A DNA stretch of 64,000 bases from Candidatus Gastranaerophilales bacterium (lineage in GTDB: Bacteria > Cyanobacteriota > Vampirovibrionia > Gastranaerophilales > Gastranaerophilaceae): the NCBI GenBank assembly GCA_944325555.1, contig CALVAN010000006.1, positions 22,998 through 86,997 of the forward strand, given 5' to 3'. The translations under genes and the position numbers were made by a program. Each line of letters starts with the position of its first letter. Position 1 is the stretch's first letter. Positions 35,428-44,343 of the stretch are shown piece after piece. A model generated the notes under the pieces. The model ran no database searches. It saw only the letters and a program-made list of their open reading frames with translations, and was not told the origin of the DNA.

Positions 35428-36164
35428 TATTTTTTGTTGATTAAGCAGGTGTGCGCTCTGTTTTCAAACTCATCATCGAGTTCGGAAAGTTCTATTTTTT
35501 CTTTATACCTTTTATGCAAAGCCAAAGATATCAAATAATCGGCAAAATGCGGATTCTTAGGCAAGAAAGAACCATGCAGATATGTGCCGAAAACGTTTTT
35601 ATATTTTGCCCCCTCGGTTTTGTCCGTACCGTTATTTCCGTTGCCTGTTTGTACAATAGCTAGCGGTTCCGTCTCATTCTGTAAATATGTTAAGCCGCTG
35701 TGATTTTCAAACCCGACCAGAGATTGAGGAGTTACAAAATCGCACTGTGCGGTAACATTGCCGATAAAGCGTTTGTCGCCGGCAATGGTGTATGCGTCCA
35801 GAAGACTTATCCCCTCAAGTTTATCGCCGTCATGAGGCAGATAATAATGTCCCAACAACTGATATCCGCCGCATATAGCAAGGAATACCGCATTTTCATC
35901 TCTTGCATCCTGCAAAGAGGCTTTATGTTTTTGCAATTCTTTAGAAACAGCGATTTGCTGCTGATCCTGCCCGCCGCCAATGAAATAAAAATCATATTTT
36001 TTTATATCTATTGCATCACCGATATTGATTGAGTCAATATTTACATCGATATTACGCCATTCACAACGTTTTTTAACGGTCAGTACATTACCCCAATCAC
36101 CGTATATATTAAGGAGTTTAGGATACAGATGAGCAATATTGATTGTATAATTTTTACTATCCAT
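35424..36164 (-). CDS. gatD: Lipid II isoglutaminyl synthase glutaminase subunit GatD (CobQ-type glutamine amidotransferase)
   Basis: Aligns by eye along its length with staphylococcal GatD as I recall it: YFIGGG.D..Q......L......L..A......FLAICGGYQLLG.YY....G..LEG...LD.YT......R.IG......VGFENH.G.TY........G.GNN..DK.EG..YKN..GTYLHG..LPKNP..ADYL. Confidence 0.85.
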   Translation of the reverse strand: MDSKNYTINIAHLYPKLLNIYGDWGNVLTVKKRCEWRNIDVNIDSINIGDAIDIKKYDFYFIGGGQDQQQIAVSKELQKHKASLQDARDENAVFLAICGGYQLLGHYYLPHDGDKLEGISLLDAYTIAGDKRFIGNVTAQCDFVTPQSLVGFENHSGLTYLQNETEPLAIVQTGNGNNGTDKTEGAKYKNVFGTYLHGSFLPKNPHFADYLISLALHKRYKEKIELSELDDEFENRAHTCLINKKY

Positions 36165-36280
36165 GCTCTAATTATGACAAAAAATTTTGTTTTAAACAAA
36201 TTTTAGTTGTATAATAAATTTGCTAAGCTGTTATAGACTATTTACAGCAAAGCAGACTCATCAGCGGTAAGCGCAGAAAA

Positions 36281-36312
36281 ATTGACAATTAAACAGTGCA
36301 TGGGTGAGTGGC
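36281..36312 (+). repeat. Duplicate of the tRNA-Lys upstream region plus its first 11 nt
   Basis: ATTGACAATTAAACAGTGCATGGGTGAGTGGC versus 36373-36404 (31/32 identical). The copy then diverges into a TGACTAAATGTCATTTCGAGGAGAGGTAGG box (36331-36363). Confidence 0.85.
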
Positions 36313-36393
36313 ACTCTGCCGACGAGCAATGACTAAATGTCATTTCGAGGAGAGGTAGGTAGCGCAAGCGGTATTGACAATTAAACAGTACAT

Positions 36394-36465
36394 GGGTGAG
36401 TGGCGCAGTGGTAGCGCAGTTGACTCTTAATCAATTGGTCGTGGGTTCGAATCCCACCTCACCCA
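36394..36465 (+). tRNA. tRNA-Lys (CUU), CCA not encoded
   Basis: GGGTGAG-TG-GCGC-AGTGGTA-GCGC-A-GTTGA-CTCTTAA-TCAAT-TGGTC-GTGGG-TTCGAAT-CCCAC-CTCACCC-A. The next bases are AAG. Confidence 0.95.
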
Positions 36466-36475
36466 AAGCTAATAA

Positions 36476-36574
36476 AAAAGAGGGCTTACGCCCTCTTTTT
36501 TGCACTATTCGAACCCACGACTGTGGGATAATTTATAATCGCATCGCAAGCGATGCTCTGTCCCACCTCACCCA
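36476..36574 (+). repeat. Unit 1: terminator hairpin + tRNA-Lys 3'-fragment-like segment
   Basis: AGAGGGC-TTAC-GCCCTCT+T6 (a functional-looking terminator, 36479-36501). Then TTCGAACCCACGAC (36508-36521, the exact reverse complement of tRNA 36438-36451). Then the hairpin GCATCGC-AA-GCGATGC. Then CCCACCTCACCCA (36562-36574, identical to the tRNA 3' end 36453-36465). Confidence 0.85.
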
Positions 36575-36750
36575 AAATAACTTTTTAAAAACAAAAATTA
36601 CGAGGCTTGTGCCTCGTTTTTTTGTTTTAAAAAGCATACGGATGTAAAAAATACCGGTCAAAACGAGAAGTTTTGCCGGTATTTTGACACTGAACGACAG
36701 CGACGTAAGAGTTTGCTATATAGCAAACTCCACAGGAGCAAAACTAATAG

Positions 36751-36845
36751 AAAAGAGGGCTTGCGCCCTCTTTTTTGCACTATTCGAACCCACGACCGTG
36801 GGATAATTTATAATCGCATCGCAAGCGATGCTCAGTCCCACCTCC
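36751..36845 (+). repeat. Unit 2: second copy of the terminator + tRNA-Lys 3'-fragment unit
   Basis: Near-identical to unit 1 with a handful of substitutions. The acceptor-like end is degraded to CCCACCTCC. Confidence 0.85.
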
Positions 36846-36874
36846 AAAAAAAATATTTATTTTGGAAACAACCA

Positions 36875-36929
36875 CTCAATCTGCCAAAAGTTAAGATAAA
36901 TTAGTAAATCCGCCCTGCAAATATTACAA
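36875..36929 (+). repeat. 55-nt direct repeat upstream of ORF 36995 (partner 38758-38812)
   Basis: CTCAATCTGCCAAAAGTTAAGATAAATTAGTAAATCCGCCCTGCAAATATTACAA matches its partner at 46/55 positions, with an invariant core ATTAGTAAATCCGCC. Confidence 0.8.
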
Positions 36930-36994
36930 AAACTTTAATATTTTCTCAAAAATATGTTAAAATTTGCTTAGTTATCTAACAAACAAAAAAGTCC

Positions 36995-38575
36995 ATGGGA
37001 AACAAGTTTAATCACCACAAACATATAATTTATTCTGCAATTCTAGGCAACATTTTAATCGGACTGGCAATACTTGCATATTTTAAGGGATTTAAATATC
37101 AATGGTTGCTGGCTGCAGCATTAATACTACCGGTATTTTGGTATGGTTTAAAATCAAAAGAGTATTGCCCAATAAAATACAGTTTGCTTTACAGCATTTA
37201 TACAACGTTCCCTCTTTTTATCACGGCAAGTTTGCTGTTTTTGCTGTCTTTGTTGATAAATCCGCTGGGAGTAATGGTTATCGGAAAACTGTTAATGTTT
37301 GCATTCGCAGGCTGGATAAGCGTTTTTATAACTTTTATTGTTCTTAACTTTTGTTTTGTAAAAGTTCATAAATTACTTAGCAAAACAAAAATTTATAAAA
37401 ATTTATCACTGACTCTTTTCGGGCTTACCCACAAACACCCGTTTGCATACATATTAGTCTGCTTCACAATTGTTGCATCAATTGGTGCACTTACATTTGT
37501 AAATATATTTTTTAAAAATAACCGATTCTTAAATGCCGGTATTTCAGAATTAATGAAAAAAGATTCACACGACTCAAAGGCAATAATATATGATAAAAAC
37601 AAACTTTTAATTGTATATTTTGATAAATACGAAGTTTTTGACTTGGATAAAAGAGAAAAAATAAAATACGGAACAATAGACGGACTAAAACATTATAATG
37701 GGCATTTCAACTTAAATCCAATAAATGATGAATATGTATTAATTATCGGTTTTGAATATGATAAACAAAAAAATGATGACTTAAAATTGCTGAATTTTGG
37801 AGTGTTAAATTTAAAAGATTTTTCGTACAAGCCACTTGGTGAATTTGAGTTGGAACCCTGCTTTCCTGATTATGTTTTTACCTATGACAATAGGAAGCAT
37901 CTTATTGTCACAAACTCTGCAAAGGCATATATCTTTGACGGAACAAAACCGATTTCATTTCCGACCGAAAAATGGTCGCGCAATATAAAAACCAAAGACA
38001 AATTGCTGCCCTATAAAAACAAATATCTTCTTATACAAACCGCAGGATATTTGCACTTTGACACGGGCTTGTTTGAAGGATATTCCCCGTTAATTCAGGA
38101 ATTTAATCCCGAAAATAAAACGCTGAAAACATTGTATAAAAACAAAATTCAGGATAATTACCTTTATTTGAATACATTTTTAGTTGATAACAATAAACTG
38201 TTAATTATTTATAAATCACAAGATGAGGAATACAAACTGAGATTCGACACAATTGATGCGGAAAAAGGAGAAAAAATAGCTGAAGAAGAAACTCTTATAC
38301 CGGATTCCGAATTTGACATTCGTTATGCGGTTATGCAAGACAGTGAAACAATAATGTTTTTTGGTAATGAATCCGACTTCAGACACGGTATTTATGCATA
38401 TAATCCGCAAAAAAAGTCCTTTGACAAAACTTTGTATAAGGCGAATTTTCAGCCGGATTACTCTGATGAGTGTTTTGTATTGAATAACGGAGATGTTGTT
38501 ATTTACAAAAATATTTTTTCGGAGGGGAAAATTACATTATTCAAAAATACAAAAAACCAAAAGCAACATAAATAA
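36995..38575 (+). CDS. Membrane protein (about 5 N-terminal TM) with large soluble C-terminal domain, unknown function
   Basis: 526-aa ORF. The hydrophobic N-terminal 170 aa are followed by a Y/K/N/D-rich region with beta-strand-like periodicity. No family recognised. Confidence 0.6.
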   Translation: MGNKFNHHKHIIYSAILGNILIGLAILAYFKGFKYQWLLAAALILPVFWYGLKSKEYCPIKYSLLYSIYTTFPLFITASLLFLLSLLINPLGVMVIGKLLMFAFAGWISVFITFIVLNFCFVKVHKLLSKTKIYKNLSLTLFGLTHKHPFAYILVCFTIVASIGALTFVNIFFKNNRFLNAGISELMKKDSHDSKAIIYDKNKLLIVYFDKYEVFDLDKREKIKYGTIDGLKHYNGHFNLNPINDEYVLIIGFEYDKQKNDDLKLLNFGVLNLKDFSYKPLGEFELEPCFPDYVFTYDNRKHLIVTNSAKAYIFDGTKPISFPTEKWSRNIKTKDKLLPYKNKYLLIQTAGYLHFDTGLFEGYSPLIQEFNPENKTLKTLYKNKIQDNYLYLNTFLVDNNKLLIIYKSQDEEYKLRFDTIDAEKGEKIAEEETLIPDSEFDIRYAVMQDSETIMFFGNESDFRHGIYAYNPQKKSFDKTLYKANFQPDYSDECFVLNNGDVVIYKNIFSEGKITLFKNTKNQKQHK

Positions 38576-38757
38576 CACCTCTCAAATTTCAAACCCAAAA
38601 GTTGATAAGAACATCAAAATCCCGACATTTTTTCATACAAGTGACGATATTGTTAAAGGTAGACTAAAGTCTACCCTACAATTTGTTCCGGCAATACTTT
38701 ACGGTTTCAGCATGCAATGGAAAAATAATGCTGTTGCCCCACCGTCAATCAGTAAAT

Positions 38758-38812
38758 CTCAATCTGCAAAAACTTAAGCCAGATTAGTAAATCCGCCATA
38801 CAAAGATTATAA
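38758..38812 (+). repeat. 55-nt direct repeat upstream of the MarR gene 38893 (partner 36875-36929)
   Basis: See 36875-36929. The TAAA-loop hairpin GGTAGAC-TAAA-GTCTACC lies just upstream at 38658-38675. Confidence 0.8.
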
Positions 38813-38892
38813 TTACTTTTAAATAAATTACAACAAATTGCAAAATATATTATCGTTAGTATAATATACTTGTCAGTGTGTGGAAATAATAA

Positions 38893-39348
38893 ATGGTAGA
38901 ACATTATACAAAAACATTGCCATATGAACTTGAACTAACTTCAAGAGTTATACACGAAGCAACAAAATGCTATTTTGAACAGTGTAATTTTCCGATTACA
39001 CCGGAGGAATTTATTGTTCTTGATTGTTTGTATCTAAAACCCGATATTATACAGATTGATCTGGCAAAAATGATTTTAAAAGGCAGAGCACATACGGGAA
39101 GATTTTTAAAATCTTTAGAAGAGAAAAAACTTATTGAGCGCAAACCGGTCAGACAAGCAACACGAACCGTTACAAGAAACATAATCACCCCCGAAGGACT
39201 CAAGCTGTATAAAAAAATGTGCGCAGAAATGGACAAATATATTCAGGAAACTAACTCTCAATTAAACGTACAAATAAATGATGTAATAAAATTATTGCAG
39301 ATTATAAGACAAAATTGTACGGAAAAATTTAACATAAAATTTGACTAA
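38893..39348 (+). CDS. MarR family transcriptional regulator
   Basis: EEFIVLDCLYLKPDIIQIDLAKMILKGRAHTGRFLKSLEEKKLIERKP is a typical MarR winged HTH. Confidence 0.8.
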   Translation: MVEHYTKTLPYELELTSRVIHEATKCYFEQCNFPITPEEFIVLDCLYLKPDIIQIDLAKMILKGRAHTGRFLKSLEEKKLIERKPVRQATRTVTRNIITPEGLKLYKKMCAEMDKYIQETNSQLNVQINDVIKLLQIIRQNCTEKFNIKFD

Positions 39349-39433
39349 CCCTCAAATGAAAACTTGCATTTTTAAAAAATTTGTTCTTTAATCTACTTGT
39401 AGAAAAATCTACAACGTGAGAGAGTAAATTTTT

Positions 39434-41026
39434 ATGGCACAAAGTTTAGCAACAGAACAAGAATGGCAATTTCAAGTTAATCCGTGGATTGCAATGATTC
39501 CTATCATGCTATCCATATTTATGTTTGCGCTGGACGAAACAATATCTAACGTTGCATTACCTCATATGGCAGGCTCTTTTTCTGTCAGCCAGCACGAATC
39601 TACATGGATTATCACGAGCTATCTTGTTGCCAGCGGGGTTATAATTCCAACCGTTGATTTTTTCTGTAAATTAATGGGCAGAAAACAGTATTTTTTACTA
39701 AGTATTGTCATATTTACAGGCGCTTCCATTCTTTGCGGAATTTCAAATTCCATGGCAATGATGCTTATTTCAAGAATATTGCAGGGGATTGGCGGCGGCG
39801 GTATCATGCCTATTGCACAGGCAATCATTTTTGAAATATTTCCAAAAGACAAACTACCGTTAGCAATGTCTATATTCGGTCTGGGGGTTGTTCTTGCTCC
39901 TATTATGGGGCCTGCTTTAGGTGGTTGGATAACGGAAACTTATTCTTGGCCTTGGATTTACTTTATAAATATCCCTTTCGGTATCATCACATTTTATTTG
40001 TCTTTAAAATATATCGAAGAACCGCCATACTCTCTCAAACAGCCCGGTGTTAAAATGGATTTTTCAGGGTTTACATTTATGGCTTTATGGCTTTTAAGCC
40101 TGCAGGTTGTACTTGAAAAAGGTAACGACAACGACTGGTTTGGTTCACCTTGGATATGTAAATTATTTACATTTTCTATGATATGTTTGGTTATTTTTAT
40201 ATATATTCAAATTAAAAAGAATATGGAAAAATCCCAACCGCTTATAAATTTATCTATTCTAAAAAACCACAACTTTTTAATCGGAACAATGGGGCAGGTT
40301 GTGTTGATGGGTGTTATGATGGCATCATCTTCGATTTTGCCTTCAATGCTGCAATCTTTGATGGGGTATTCAGCCTTTATGAGCGGCCTTTCCATGGTAC
40401 CGAGAGGCGCAGGATGTTTGCTTGCGTCTGTATTATCTGGGGTTATGGTTATTAAATTTGGCGTAAAACCAGTTGTTGTCATAGGTCTTATTATTCTTGC
40501 AGCCGGCAGCTTGATGTTTGGTGAAATTAATACATCAATAGCTCTGGCAAACATTGCAATACCTAACTTTACCTTCGGGCTTGGTATGCTTTTAACAATG
40601 GTACCGTTATCAAACATTTCCTGCGCAACGCTTTCCAATAAAGACCAGACAAACGCTGCAGGCTTGCAAAACCTTGTTAAAAACGTCGGTGCAGCTATCG
40701 GAACATCTATTGCAACCACAATGATTTCAAGATTTTCTCAAATTCACCAGATGACAATGGTTCAGTTCTTAAACGACGGCAATAATGTGTACATGGAAAG
40801 ATTAAATGCAATGACCTCGTCATTCCTTTCTCACAATTTTGAGTATCAAAATGCACTACACATGGCTCAAGGACAAATGTATAATATGTTGAAACAGCAG
40901 GCAACGTTATGGGGATACGTAGAAACCTTCAGATATTTTGCTCTTGCCGTTGCTCTTATTTTGCCGTTTGTTTACTTTTTATCGGAAGAAAAAAAGAAAA
41001 AGAAAAAAGTTGAAACCGCAAATTAA
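39434..41026 (+). CDS. MFS transporter, DHA2 (EmrB/QacA-like, 14-TM) drug:H+ antiporter family
   Basis: 530 aa. LDETISNVALPHMAGSF, the motif-A-like region, SRILQGIGGGGIMP, and 14 hydrophobic segments. Confidence 0.85.
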   Translation: MAQSLATEQEWQFQVNPWIAMIPIMLSIFMFALDETISNVALPHMAGSFSVSQHESTWIITSYLVASGVIIPTVDFFCKLMGRKQYFLLSIVIFTGASILCGISNSMAMMLISRILQGIGGGGIMPIAQAIIFEIFPKDKLPLAMSIFGLGVVLAPIMGPALGGWITETYSWPWIYFINIPFGIITFYLSLKYIEEPPYSLKQPGVKMDFSGFTFMALWLLSLQVVLEKGNDNDWFGSPWICKLFTFSMICLVIFIYIQIKKNMEKSQPLINLSILKNHNFLIGTMGQVVLMGVMMASSSILPSMLQSLMGYSAFMSGLSMVPRGAGCLLASVLSGVMVIKFGVKPVVVIGLIILAAGSLMFGEINTSIALANIAIPNFTFGLGMLLTMVPLSNISCATLSNKDQTNAAGLQNLVKNVGAAIGTSIATTMISRFSQIHQMTMVQFLNDGNNVYMERLNAMTSSFLSHNFEYQNALHMAQGQMYNMLKQQATLWGYVETFRYFALAVALILPFVYFLSEEKKKKKKVETAN

Positions 41027-41583
41027 TTATCTTTATTTTTTTCCCACAGCATCCTGTTTCCGTTTGGCGACACTTTTTTAAAGCCACACTTCTTGTAAAA
41101 AGCACTAGATGTGGCAATCAAAGTAATTTTATCATTTACCAGCTGCAAATATTTTACTATAGCAGAACCTATCCCTTTAACAGACCTTGGCGGGCGTGCG
41201 TACACATACATCGGATGAACCTGCAGATAGTCCAATTCAATTGCTTTATCCCTCATTTTAGAAGTTTCCGCAACACCCAGTACGCCCAAGGTCTTTAAAT
41301 TTTCAAAGTTATCTTCCTGTCTTGTTAATACAAAAATGTTTTTATTAATTTTATTTTTCTCGGTTCTGGCAATCTGTTTTACATAGGCACACATATTATT
41401 TACATAACTGTCACCGCCAAAATCTATTGCAATATCATCAAGAGCCCGTATGTCCTTTTTATCATGCACATCGAGCTCAACAAGATTTGCATAATCTTGT
41501 ATATAGTCTTTTTTTTCGTATGAATATTTTCTTATCGGAAGTTTTTGTACAAACTTTGCACCGAAGGATATAGTATTGTTCAT
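41023..41583 (-). CDS. GNAT-family N-acetyltransferase-like protein with N-terminal MNNTISFGAKF motif
   Basis: C-terminal GNAT motif A-like region (YLQVHP.YV......SVKGIGSAIVKYL.........I.L.ATSSAFYKKCGFKK). The N-terminal 100 aa are unassigned. Confidence 0.5.
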   Translation of the reverse strand: MNNTISFGAKFVQKLPIRKYSYEKKDYIQDYANLVELDVHDKKDIRALDDIAIDFGGDSYVNNMCAYVKQIARTEKNKINKNIFVLTRQEDNFENLKTLGVLGVAETSKMRDKAIELDYLQVHPMYVYARPPRSVKGIGSAIVKYLQLVNDKITLIATSSAFYKKCGFKKVSPNGNRMLWEKNKDN

Positions 41584-41647
41584 TTATTTGCAATAAAACA
41601 GCTGATAAATATTTTTGACATCAAGCGGATTTTAGTCGAATATTCTG

Positions 41648-42469
41648 TTATTTAAGATAATTAGCCGCCTTTACGGCATTAAGATAATAAACCGCACGTC
41701 TGATATTGTTCATATCTTCTTCACTGATATCCTTTGAGTTTTCTTCCGGTCCGAAACCGTATATAAGATTATTGATTTTCGCAGCATTATTTATGCTTTT
41801 AACTAGTGCGTTATATGCGCTTTGAGAATCCTCAAACTCGGGAGCTTTGTCAACAAAATCCGCACCGCCGATATTCCCGTCAAGATAATATAATGTTTTG
41901 TTTAAAACTTCCTCAAGCTCGGGATATTTACTTCTTTTACAAGCCGTATAATCAAGGAGCACAGGGTTCAATCTGGTATTTTGGCTTGTACCCGTCATTT
42001 GCGCAACTCTGTTTCTGATTCTTGCCATTGTTTCTTTAGCAGCTTCCAATCTTTCTTCAGGCTGCATAAGGTCAACCGTAACAATACTCATAGGATTTGC
42101 CATGGTTTCATCTTTATAGAAAATTTTATTGTAAGAAGAAGTATATTGGTCCGGTTTGTAATAGTCAGAATCACTAAAGCCACCCATAATCAAAGATTTT
42201 TTGTCACCCAGGCTGGGTTGCGGAATAGGTGCACCTATAATTTTTTCAAGTGTTTTATGAAAATTCTGTGTGTCTTTCCCGTAAACATCAGACTTAAAAC
42301 CGTTTTCTCTTAATGTATGTACAGCAGAAGAGAGAATTTCTCCGTCTTCTTTTTTATTTGTATAATAATATTTAGTTCTGACCGCACCGCCTCTGGTATC
42401 CTGAGTTTGAACCTTTATTGTACCTTTAAATGCTAACGGTGTTGAGTTATTAAGCGGAGATATATTCAT
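41648..42469 (-). CDS. Orphan protein (273 aa) with N-terminal MNISPLNNSTPLAFKG motif
   Basis: Good RBS (GAAAGGA 7 nt upstream). No TM segment or family recognised. Confidence 0.6.
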   Translation of the reverse strand: MNISPLNNSTPLAFKGTIKVQTQDTRGGAVRTKYYYTNKKEDGEILSSAVHTLRENGFKSDVYGKDTQNFHKTLEKIIGAPIPQPSLGDKKSLIMGGFSDSDYYKPDQYTSSYNKIFYKDETMANPMSIVTVDLMQPEERLEAAKETMARIRNRVAQMTGTSQNTRLNPVLLDYTACKRSKYPELEEVLNKTLYYLDGNIGGADFVDKAPEFEDSQSAYNALVKSINNAAKINNLIYGFGPEENSKDISEEDMNNIRRAVYYLNAVKAANYLK

Positions 42470-42579
42470 ATAAAAGTCCTTTCTTCTTACATTTGACTGC
42501 CCTAAAACTCAAAAATTTTTTTTGTTGCTATACTTGCAACAAAAATTAACACGCCCAAATTTCTGCTATAATTAAACCT

Positions 42580-44310
42580 ATGAAATTTGATAAAAAATTA
42601 TTAATATTTATAACTCTGCTTACATTGGCTGCGCTGGGATTAAGACTCATAAATATAAGCAATGCAGCCTTGTGGATAGATGAGCTTTATTGCTATGATA
42701 TTGCATTAAAACCGACTATTACGGAAATTTTAAAAACAGTATTTTTAACGGACCTGCACGCACCGTTGTTTTTTATAATTCTACATTTCTGGATAAAACT
42801 TTTAGGCAGCACAGATTGGGTACTAATATTACTGCCAGTGATTTTTTCAACACTCAGCGTGCCCGTCGGATATTTTATTTGCAAAAAACTTTTTGATACC
42901 AAAACAGCTGTCATTTTTTCCTTACTAAACACCTTCAGTGCTCTTGAAATTTACTATGCACAAGAGCTTAAATTCTATTCAATGCTGCCATTGCTGGGAT
43001 TGTTGAGTTTTTATTTTTTCTCAAAAATCACGCAAAATTTCAGCATAAAAGACACATTATTGCTTTTATTAACCAACACACTCATAATTTATACCTTTAA
43101 TGCAGGCATATTCTTTATAATTGCGGAATTTGCAGTCGGTTTGACATTTATACTCCTTAAGAAAAAAGAAAATTTAAAAAACTATCTATATTCTTTTATT
43201 TTTACAGGAATTTTATACATACCGTATTTTTACTTTCAAATAAAAACAATACAGGGCTTGAACAAAAGCATATGTACACTTTTTGACATGTTCCATTTTG
43301 ATTTGGGCTTTGTATTTACACTTATACAAAACTTTTTTACCCCGGCAATCACCAATTTGTCTAACAATCCTGTTAACTACAATCCGATTGAGATGCTTAA
43401 AACTACCGGTGCTCTCGGGTTTGTTTTTTACATAATTTTCTTTTGCGCAATTGCCTTTTATGGAATTTACAAGCCCATTAAAGATAAAAATCATAATGCA
43501 ATATTGATTTTTTCAGCCTCATTTTTATTTATTTTAATTTTAATATTTCTTGCAATTTTACACATTATCCCGCTTGTAACAAGATACACTCTGCTTGTTC
43601 ACTTAGCAATACTGGCTGTTATTGCCTGCGGAATTGTACAAATCAACAACAAAAAAATCCTTTACACAATAATGTCATTGACTGCGTTGATTTCTTTATT
43701 CAGTTATGCTTTTTACAAAGATTCGCCGCTCAAACGTAATTCGTCCTTCCACTATTATAGCGCCCAAGCTCTGCAAAAAGCCGGTGCCAGTGATAGTGAT
43801 ATGATAATAATGCCATATTTTGGCAGATTTTTATACAAATATTTTGACAAAGGACAGCTTATTGACTACAGAAGCGAAGAATTGCTGCTTTTGAACGATG
43901 CATTTTTAATGAAAGAAACCTTCAAACTTACTCAAGAAGAATACCAAAATAAAGATAAAAGCGGACTAAAACTTCAAAAATACATAGAAAACCCCAACCC
44001 ACCAGAAGAACTTGAAAGATACTTCCAAAAAAACTATCTTTCAAAACTCCGTAAAGGGCAAAAGCTCTATCTGGTTGAAAATTACAGTATTTACATAATA
44101 CCTGATGAACTTTATATACCCATGTTAAAAGGTATTAATATAGACAAACCCAACCTTAGCGAACTTGAAAAAAACGCTCGTTATGCACTACTATATACCA
44201 AAATATTAAAAAACCTTGAACTCATTTTTTCTAAAAATCTCACACCGGTTAAGATTTACCATTCCCAAAACCAAGATGTAAAAATTTTTGAATTTATAAA
44301 AGAAAATTAG
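42580..44310 (+). CDS. GT-C fold glycosyltransferase (family 39 / ArnT / PMT-like)
   Basis: 576 aa. There are about 11 N-terminal TM segments, with the first-loop acidic motif ALWIDELYCYD. A soluble C-terminal domain follows. Confidence 0.6.
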   Translation: MKFDKKLLIFITLLTLAALGLRLINISNAALWIDELYCYDIALKPTITEILKTVFLTDLHAPLFFIILHFWIKLLGSTDWVLILLPVIFSTLSVPVGYFICKKLFDTKTAVIFSLLNTFSALEIYYAQELKFYSMLPLLGLLSFYFFSKITQNFSIKDTLLLLLTNTLIIYTFNAGIFFIIAEFAVGLTFILLKKKENLKNYLYSFIFTGILYIPYFYFQIKTIQGLNKSICTLFDMFHFDLGFVFTLIQNFFTPAITNLSNNPVNYNPIEMLKTTGALGFVFYIIFFCAIAFYGIYKPIKDKNHNAILIFSASFLFILILIFLAILHIIPLVTRYTLLVHLAILAVIACGIVQINNKKILYTIMSLTALISLFSYAFYKDSPLKRNSSFHYYSAQALQKAGASDSDMIIMPYFGRFLYKYFDKGQLIDYRSEELLLLNDAFLMKETFKLTQEEYQNKDKSGLKLQKYIENPNPPEELERYFQKNYLSKLRKGQKLYLVENYSIYIIPDELYIPMLKGINIDKPNLSELEKNARYALLYTKILKNLELIFSKNLTPVKIYHSQNQDVKIFEFIKEN

Positions 44311-44343
44311 CAATTTTTGTTCAGCAAATGTTTTTTTTAATTT

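Noticed and set aside
36396-36904. Track ORFs 36396..36647 and 36713..36904 (shared peptide KEGLRPLFCTIRTHD.GIIYNRIASDA)
   Set aside because: They read straight through tRNA-Lys, its terminator and the duplicated terminator/3'-fragment units. The shared peptide is a by-product of the nucleotide repeat.
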